Virus record (IMG/VR): IMGVR_UViG_3300012956_000019
Span: 7,375-71,374 of that record
Direction: 5' to 3' (one strand)
DNA from: a virus
Taxonomy: Duplodnaviria > Caudoviricetes
DNA length: 64,000 nt
Under the pieces are notes generated by a model. That model searched no databases. It saw only the letters and a program-made list of their open reading frames with translations, and was not told the origin of the DNA. Positions 58,478 to 64,000 of the stretch are shown here, in pieces. Position 1 is the first letter of the stretch. Each line of letters begins with the position of its first letter. Made by a program: the position numbers and the translations under genes.

Positions 58478-58509
58478 TTCATTCTTTCTTTTTACTAATA
58501 TACAAAAAA

Positions 58510-58691
58510 AATTTAAGGTATTTTTTTGTACCCTTTTCCACAATTATAAAGTATATTGCCATTATTGTATCCAACTGTCACAATAAATTAAAAATATTTT
58601 CAAAAAACATTAGGATATTGTCAAAAATATTATTAAGTTAGTTATGGTGATTGAAACAAATTTAGAAATTTTGAAAAGGAACTTGAAAATG
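58510..58691 (+). promoter_or_regulatory. copy C (inverted) of dispersed hairpin-promoter-RBS cassette
   Basis: Reverse complement of copies A and B; TTGCCA-17bp-CACAAT; AAAAGGAACTT before ATG 58689. Confidence 0.6.
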
Positions 58692-58919
58692 AAAACAAAC
58701 TTAAACACAACCGCAGTTGAAATACCTGAAACAGTTGAAAACATTTCAGAACTTGAAACACTTGGTTACAAAGTTAAGGAAACAATTTCAAATGGTTCAG
58801 TTGAATTAACAATCATGGTTAAAAAAGGATCACCAAAACTCAAATTGAGAAAAGTTGAAAAATTTGTAACAAACAAACTTAATTTCACATTTGATGAATC
58901 TTACTTTGAAATTTTTTAA
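58689..58919 (+). CDS. hypothetical protein
   Basis: Plus-strand ORF driven by cassette C; MKTNLNTTAVEI. Confidence 0.65.
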   Translation: MKTNLNTTAVEIPETVENISELETLGYKVKETISNGSVELTIMVKKGSPKLKLRKVEKFVTNKLNFTFDESYFEIF

Positions 58920-58954
58920 TTAAACAATAAACAATTTTATACAAGGACAAGCCA

Positions 58955-59149
58955 ATGAATACAGCATCAAAAATCAAATGTACACCAAAATCAACTTTCT
59001 TTAGTGGCAGAAAATTTAATTTTGGAAAACAATACAAAGCAGAAATTAGTGAAAATGGATATTGGTTACAAGTGTATGGTGGTGAGTCATTTTTCCCTAC
59101 AGAAATTTTCAAAGCAAATTTTACAATAGTTACATCAACCAAAAAATAA
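58955..59149 (+). CDS. hypothetical protein
   Basis: Plus-strand ORF with AAGGA RBS; no competing minus-strand gene. Confidence 0.55.
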   Translation: MNTASKIKCTPKSTFFSGRKFNFGKQYKAEISENGYWLQVYGGESFFPTEIFKANFTIVTSTKK

Positions 59150-59178
59150 TTTCAACCACCATCTACAAGAATTGCCTG

Positions 59179-59442
59179 TTATTTAACAGGCATTTCTGCT
59201 ATCTCTTTCACCTTATCTGTATTCATCTTAATCCATTGTCCATCCTTTTCTCTGTAAAATTCAATTACAGTATGCTCTATGAACAACGATCTTACCACTG
59301 AATACATATTCCAACCCTTCAGTGAATCAAATTCTTTCCTGTTATCTGATACAATATTCTTAACCAATCCTGCTTCATTATTCATCAATACAATTGGAAC
59401 ACCATCCAAAACAATTTTCCATTTCCTTATCTTTTCAATCAT
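59179..59442 (-). CDS. hypothetical protein
   Basis: Start MIEKIRKW with ATGA overlap. Confidence 0.55.
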   Translation of the reverse strand: MIEKIRKWKIVLDGVPIVLMNNEAGLVKNIVSDNRKEFDSLKGWNMYSVVRSLFIEHTVIEFYREKDGQWIKMNTDKVKEIAEMPVK

Positions 59443-59633
59443 CTGAATTTGCCATATAAATCTGCCCACTGTATCTTACCACACTCAGTACATTTTCTGT
59501 ACATATTACTTGGGTATTTGTTTGGATTATATGGCACAATAAACTTAATCCAATAATGAATACATTTGGTTTGTCTCCACCATTTTCTAATATTGAAAAA
59601 CCATGCATATTTTTTGTTCTTATTTCCAATCAT
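59439..59633 (-). CDS. small C/H-motif protein
   Basis: KCIHYW...RKCTECGK; coupled to neighbours. Confidence 0.55.
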   Translation of the reverse strand: MIGNKNKKYAWFFNIRKWWRQTKCIHYWIKFIVPYNPNKYPSNMYRKCTECGKIQWADLYGKFR

Positions 59634-59874
59634 ATGCTATTCCTATCCAAAAACAAGCTATTGATAACACTATCCAAAAAATCATCAATAATAATGCACT
59701 GTTCCTTTTCTTTCTTGTATCAGTTTCACTGATGTTATGTAGATTGTATTTAATATTCCACTGTTGGAAAAACATCTTTGAACTGTATCTAATGGCATTT
59801 AGAGTACACCATACACCAGCTGAATATATTACCAAATAGAAAAGTGTTCCATTAAAAATATCCATATCATTCAA
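59620..59874 (-). CDS. two-TM membrane protein
   Basis: LFYLVIYSAGVWCTL and ALLLMIFWIVLSIACFWIGI. Confidence 0.6.
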   Translation of the reverse strand: MNDMDIFNGTLFYLVIYSAGVWCTLNAIRYSSKMFFQQWNIKYNLHNISETDTRKKRNSALLLMIFWIVLSIACFWIGIAYDWK

Positions 59875-59879
59875 GCCCT

Positions 59880-60254
59880 TTAATTGGTTATGATTCTAAC
59901 ATTCAGCTGTAACTGTGTTTCATATTTTATTTGAATGCTTCTTAATACAAATTGAAAGATTTGTTTGTATCTATCCAATGGAACAGCTGTCTTTAATTGT
60001 TCTTCAGTGAGTGCGCTGTACATCTTATCCATAGCACTAATTTGTAGTGTATAAACTTCATCAAAAAATCTCTGAATGATCTTTTTTAATTTTTCCTTTT
60101 TACCTATTGTATTGTAATTTTCTGCCAGCAATGCTAAGATAAAAGTGTCCTTTAATTCACTTTCAACTCCACCAACTAAATCAGCATAAATTTGTTGTTC
60201 AAGTGGTGTGTTCAATTCAAATTTTTCTTGTTTGCTCATGTCAACTATTTCCAT
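59880..60254 (-). CDS. hypothetical protein
   Basis: 124 aa helical ORF; AAGGA RBS. Confidence 0.65.
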   Translation of the reverse strand: MEIVDMSKQEKFELNTPLEQQIYADLVGGVESELKDTFILALLAENYNTIGKKEKLKKIIQRFFDEVYTLQISAMDKMYSALTEEQLKTAVPLDRYKQIFQFVLRSIQIKYETQLQLNVRIITN

Positions 60255-60280
60255 TTGTCTTTCCTTGTTTTGTTGTGTTT

Positions 60281-60465
60281 GTGCAACAAATTTTCACTTG
60301 ATTTTATTTTGTTGCAAGAAATTTTTTAACTGCATTTTCAATTGTTGCAAGAAATTTTATTTTGTTGCAATAAATTTTTAATCCTTAAATTTGATTTGTT
60401 GCACATATGAATTTCTTGCAGATGTTTATTTTTTTATTGCAACAATTGACTTAATTTGTTGCACA
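60281..60465. repeat. cluster of TTGTTGCA(A/C) direct and inverted repeats
   Basis: Direct copies near 60309, 60342, 60362, 60396, 60457; inverted copies near 60282 and 60438. Confidence 0.75.
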
Positions 60466-60647
60466 ACACTGTCATCAATAATTTCTATTTCAATTTGCAT
60501 CTCACCTTTGGTCAACAAAACATCTCTTACATTCCTGACAACTCCAATAAATTTTCCTGATTCATCTACCACATCAAATCTTTTTTCAATAGGATCAAAA
60601 CCATTGGTGAAATTTCTTTCTTTACTCTGCAATATGAATATTCTCAA
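60426..60647 (-). CDS. hypothetical protein
   Basis: 73 aa ORF; its 3' end overlaps the repeat cluster. Confidence 0.5.
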   Translation of the reverse strand: MRIFILQSKERNFTNGFDPIEKRFDVVDESGKFIGVVRNVRDVLLTKGEMQIEIEIIDDSVVQQIKSIVAIKK

Positions 60648-60678
60648 TTAATGAATCCTTTTATTTTGTTTCTCTCAA

Positions 60679-61440
60679 TCATAAGCCACTCAATTTGAGA
60701 ACTTTACTATCACAAGCATACAAATATACCTCAATTAGTTCCTTCACACCATTCTGTTCCAAATTCAGTTCTGATCTTTCTTCAACTATCCAATACATCA
60801 CTGTGTTAATAGAATTTATCAAAACAGTCACCTCACCATCTTGTTTAGCCATTTCAATTATGTCTATTCCATTTGGATAATGTTCTTCAACAATCCATTT
60901 GAAGCTGTTGTAATTAGCTGTAAACAATTGCATGTAGATGTCATTGAATATTTCTTTTGAAATCTTATCTATATTGACCACTGCCTTTGGTGTACTGATG
61001 TAAAATGGTTTTTGTAATGTTACATATATTTTCAATGCTTCAGTCAACATCTTTATCCTAACACTATCACCATTATCATCAAGTGAATCATAATTTACTT
61101 CTTTATTTTGATTGTTTATTCTTACACCAATCACATCATTATTTTCCAAAACTATAAAACACACCAAGTGTGTATCAAAATACTTTTTTATCTCTGATGG
61201 CAATTCACCTTTATTTGTATGTTTGTAAATATCTGCTAAATAAAATGGCAAGTGTTCCAGTGAATCATTTACATCATTTATTCTATGTTCCAGTGATTTA
61301 ATACCCTTCAGTTGATTATATCCTAATTTCAAGCCTTCAATCAGCTTTCCAATGTAACCAAAATCATTTGTAGTTACAATAATGCCTGTTGGCATGTGTC
61401 TTAATTGTCTAATAATCATTTGTAAATTGTTAATTTTCAT
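60679..61440 (-). CDS. hypothetical protein
   Basis: 253 aa; ATGA overlap. Confidence 0.7.
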   Translation of the reverse strand: MKINNLQMIIRQLRHMPTGIIVTTNDFGYIGKLIEGLKLGYNQLKGIKSLEHRINDVNDSLEHLPFYLADIYKHTNKGELPSEIKKYFDTHLVCFIVLENNDVIGVRINNQNKEVNYDSLDDNGDSVRIKMLTEALKIYVTLQKPFYISTPKAVVNIDKISKEIFNDIYMQLFTANYNSFKWIVEEHYPNGIDIIEMAKQDGEVTVLINSINTVMYWIVEERSELNLEQNGVKELIEVYLYACDSKVLKLSGL

Positions 61441-61655
61441 GACAACATATACCTTAATTGATATTTTTTTATAAATCCTTTTTTAATCAATTTGATTTTA
61501 GTATGATGTACAATAGCACCTCTGACATCATAGTGATAATTTATCACCCACCAGTCATCTGGTGTTCCTAATACAACACCCTTAACTATATCATCATTGT
61601 GATTCTTATATGAAACCAAATCACCAATGTTGAATTTTCTTTTCTTTCTTTTCAT
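61437..61655 (-). CDS. small SH3/KOW-like hypothetical protein
   Basis: KFNIGDLVSY...KGVVLG pattern. Confidence 0.55.
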   Translation of the reverse strand: MKRKKRKFNIGDLVSYKNHNDDIVKGVVLGTPDDWWVINYHYDVRGAIVHHTKIKLIKKGFIKKYQLRYMLS

Positions 61656-62614
61656 ATGATAAATCTTTTTTCAAATTCTAATGTAAAGTTCAAATTATAA
61701 ATCTGTTTACATTCAATTGATGTTATTCTTTTAATATCAAATTTATTCAACACATCTTGTGTGTTTTCTAAATATACAGACATGTCTGTGTACTTTGACA
61801 ATGATACATCTTTTTTTGATATTTTTATGTGGTGGAATTTATCATTGCCCAATTTAACAAGCCTATAACTTGAAACAAATTGTTTAATTTGTTCCTTGTT
61901 AAAAATATTTCTCAAATTGTCTTTGGTTATTTGACCTGCTTGAATCATTTGTAGTGCTTTCACTGGTCCAAAATTCTTAACACCTTTAACATTGTCAGAT
62001 GTGTCTCCAGCTATGGCCAACAACTTAGGAATGTCTGTTGGCTTAACACCAAATTGATTATAAACATCATCTTCATAAAACAGGCTGTAATTCCCTTTTC
62101 CAATTGGTCTGAGCACATATCTATTCTTTGAATTGTTTACTAATTGCATAAAATCTTTATCATTGCTGACTATTATAACATTTGAATCATATTTTAATGT
62201 TATGAGTGCTATAATATCATCTGCTTCACAATCCTGTTTTATTACTTGTATTATTCCAACAGCTGTCAGAAGTTCCTTTGTCCTAACCAAACTTAGATTG
62301 AAGGCTTCATGATCTTCATCAGTGAATTGATTGTTCCTGCTCTTTTCTCTATCTTGTTTGTAATCATCATTTTCATCTTTTCTCCAATTCTTATCTCCAT
62401 CCCAACAGACAACAAATTTATTGGACAACAATTGACTTTTGAAATTCAACAAGCCACTTATAAATCCATATGCTGTTCCATAAGGATATTTGCCAAATAT
62501 GTGATAAAATCTATGAAACAAATTCATTCCATCAACTATAACAACATCTGTGTTCTTTAATGGCACTGCGGCAATCTTTGTCAAATCATATTTATTATTC
62601 ATAATGTACATCAC
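61652..62614 (-). CDS. 5'-3' exonuclease / flap endonuclease (T5 D15, PolI N-terminal type)
   Basis: IVDGMNL, WDG..NWR...YKQDR, EADDII, SNDKDFMQL, GDTSDNVKGVKNFG. Confidence 0.92.
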   Translation of the reverse strand: MMYIMNNKYDLTKIAAVPLKNTDVVIVDGMNLFHRFYHIFGKYPYGTAYGFISGLLNFKSQLLSNKFVVCWDGDKNWRKDENDDYKQDREKSRNNQFTDEDHEAFNLSLVRTKELLTAVGIIQVIKQDCEADDIIALITLKYDSNVIIVSNDKDFMQLVNNSKNRYVLRPIGKGNYSLFYEDDVYNQFGVKPTDIPKLLAIAGDTSDNVKGVKNFGPVKALQMIQAGQITKDNLRNIFNKEQIKQFVSSYRLVKLGNDKFHHIKISKKDVSLSKYTDMSVYLENTQDVLNKFDIKRITSIECKQIYNLNFTLEFEKRFII

Positions 62615-62997
62615 TCATCTTCACAGTTGATTATCAAATTCATAATTGGAATGTTGTGTGTTATTGATTTTTCAACAAGTTCCTTGATAATATCTCCATG
62701 GCAACTTTTTGGCTTACAATAACAAACTAAGTTTATTTCATGGTTGATAGCCATCTTTTTAATAAATTCTAATTCACCAATAACATCACCATCAAATTCA
62801 TTGATTTTACCCTTAATCCATTTTCTGTATTCTGTGATTGCCTTTTCTCTTGAATCAACTTGAACTTGTGCTTTGCTTTTATTCAATGGTAAATGTGTGA
62901 AAGGATTGCCAAGGACACTGCCTCTGCCAATATAAATATCACTTGGTTCATTTACATGTTGATGTTTATTCACTACATTGATTTTAATTTGTTTCAT
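62611..62997 (-). CDS. DUF4326 protein
   Basis: IYIGRGSVLGNPF...LVCYCKPKSCHGD signature. Confidence 0.85.
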   Translation of the reverse strand: MKQIKINVVNKHQHVNEPSDIYIGRGSVLGNPFTHLPLNKSKAQVQVDSREKAITEYRKWIKGKINEFDGDVIGELEFIKKMAINHEINLVCYCKPKSCHGDIIKELVEKSITHNIPIMNLIINCEDE

Positions 62998-63467
62998 TTT
63001 TCTTTATCTATTGTTAGTTGTAAAAATCTTATCACCCTTGATTCTATTCCTGGTGAAACACTTTCTCTGTTCCCTGCTACATTTAGAACTTTAATATTGT
63101 TATCATTCAGCCATTTTATAAAATTAGCAGGTGTTGGATTAACAATATGTGGCACTCTATTTTGTGAACATACATTTTTTGTTAATTTACTTCCAACAGA
63201 TGTTTGTTCAGCAAATATAACAGTTCCATCTGAAATTTTTATATTTTCAATTGTTCTTTCTCTGTAATCATTACCTGATTTGCAAGTTGTTTCTACAAGT
63301 CCAAACATATCTTTTAATAATTCTGGATCACTTCCATTTTCAGTTCTAAATCTTTTGGGAGCAATTCCACCAGTTTTTATTCCTATCATATAAGCAAATT
63401 TTAATCCTGCTACATCAGCACCTGTCTGACCACCAGAAATTATTTTTTCAATTTTTCTGTATCTCAT
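62994..63467 (-). CDS. SLOG-fold protein (putative molybdenum carrier / cpYpsA-like)
   Basis: KIISGGQTGADVAGL...RTIENIKISDGT...LNVAGNRES. Confidence 0.85.
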   Translation of the reverse strand: MRYRKIEKIISGGQTGADVAGLKFAYMIGIKTGGIAPKRFRTENGSDPELLKDMFGLVETTCKSGNDYRERTIENIKISDGTVIFAEQTSVGSKLTKNVCSQNRVPHIVNPTPANFIKWLNDNNIKVLNVAGNRESVSPGIESRVIRFLQLTIDKEK

Positions 63468-63521
63468 TTTTTCTTTCTGTAAATTTCATTTTGTTTAATA
63501 TACATAGATGTGTAAATAAAA

Positions 63522-63545
63522 TGAGCCAGTTGATGTACTGGCTCA
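63522..63545 (-). terminator. rho-independent terminator
   Basis: TGAGCCAGT/ACTGGCTCA 9-bp stem then TTTTATTT on minus strand. Confidence 0.75.
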
Positions 63546-63549
63546 ATTG

Positions 63550-63840
63550 TTATTTTTTCTTTGCTGGCGCTTTTGATGTGACTTTTTTCTTTTCATCCTC
63601 TGGTTCATCTTCTGGTTCAAGTTCATCCTGTTCAATAGGTGGTGGAATTACAGCAACCATCTGACTACCAACAGGCAGGATATACTGTGTTCCATCATCA
63701 GTTTCTAAGGTAACATGAGCATCAGGTGGATTCAAATTTTCATATTCAATCACCTTGCCCTCATATTCCATTCCACCAAAAATTACTTTCACTTGATTGC
63801 CTTCTTTCAAGTGTGATTTTAGTCTTTGTTTGAAAGCCAT
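63550..63840 (-). CDS. hypothetical protein, Sm/SH3-like barrel with acidic tail
   Basis: LKEGNQVKVIFGGMEYEGKVI; GGAG RBS. Confidence 0.65.
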   Translation of the reverse strand: MAFKQRLKSHLKEGNQVKVIFGGMEYEGKVIEYENLNPPDAHVTLETDDGTQYILPVGSQMVAVIPPPIEQDELEPEDEPEDEKKKVTSKAPAKKK

Positions 63841-63886
63841 TTCTTATATCTCCATTGTTTGTTAATGATAATGTTAATTTAGCAAA

Positions 63887-64000
63887 AAATTATGCATGTT
63901 TTATATCCTTGTTAAAATTACATGTTTTATAAATACTGTCTTTTTATCAAGAAATTATGCATGTTTTATATCCTTGTTAAAATTACATGTTTTATAAATA
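63887..64000. repeat. 65-bp-period tandem repeat (runs off window)
   Basis: 63887-63935 identical to 63952-64000; shares AATACTGTCTTTTT..CAAGAAATTATGCATGTTT core with the 55.2/56.4 kb elements. Confidence 0.85.

Noticed and set aside
59435-59629. Alternative minus-strand ORF MEIRTKNMHG...
   Set aside because: The overlapping frame 59439..59633 has C/H motifs and an ATGA coupling to the next gene, so it is the better call.
544-63267. Most plus-strand ORFs in the six-frame track
   Set aside because: They are antisense shadows of longer minus-strand genes with recognisable motifs; no RBS, and rich in Phe/Ser/Ile/Leu.
1-64000. Genome-wide stop-codon reassignment
   Set aside because: Core genes are long and intact under code 11, and TAA, TGA and TAG all end genes; only one isolated internal TAA was found.
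55188-64000. CRISPR array or diversity-generating retroelement
   Set aside because: Repeats lack regular unique spacers, and no cas, reverse transcriptase or adenine-specific TR/VR pair was seen.

Overview
64 kb of an AT-rich (about 30% GC by eye) dsDNA tailed phage with a siphovirus-type layout. Nearly every gene is on the minus strand; only two small ORFs near 58.7-59.1 kb are on plus. Reading in the direction of transcription (64000 to 1): SLOG/DUF4326/5'-3' exonuclease genes, a block of small hypothetical genes broken up by palindromic and iteron-like repeats, a GC-rich long-hairpin region, a lysis cassette (u-spanin-like, holin-like, YkuD-type cysteine enzyme), several signal-peptide-bearing genes, TerL, portal, MuF with a GNAT-like C-terminal extension, prohead protease, scaffold, HK97-fold capsid, a six-gene glycosyl/methyl/acetyltransferase cluster, neck and tail genes, tape measure, tail hub, two signal-peptide-bearing tailspike/CBM proteins, SNF2 helicase, a replication module (putative initiator, DnaC-like protein, DnaB-like helicase, GIY-YIG homing endonuclease, primase) and promoter-flanked early genes including DUF932. 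No integrase, tRNA, CRISPR array or reverse transcriptase was seen. The host is inferred to be a diderm, probably in the FCB group (signal peptides ending FSQ/YSQ, u-spanin architecture). Best leads: a probable virion glycosylation cluster, Sec-exported tailspike/Ig-type proteins, a MuF-GNAT effector with a candidate immunity gene, a candidate large structured RNA, attC-like palindromes, and extreme CG depletion that spares CGATC. All family calls come from motif recognition by eye, not database searches.
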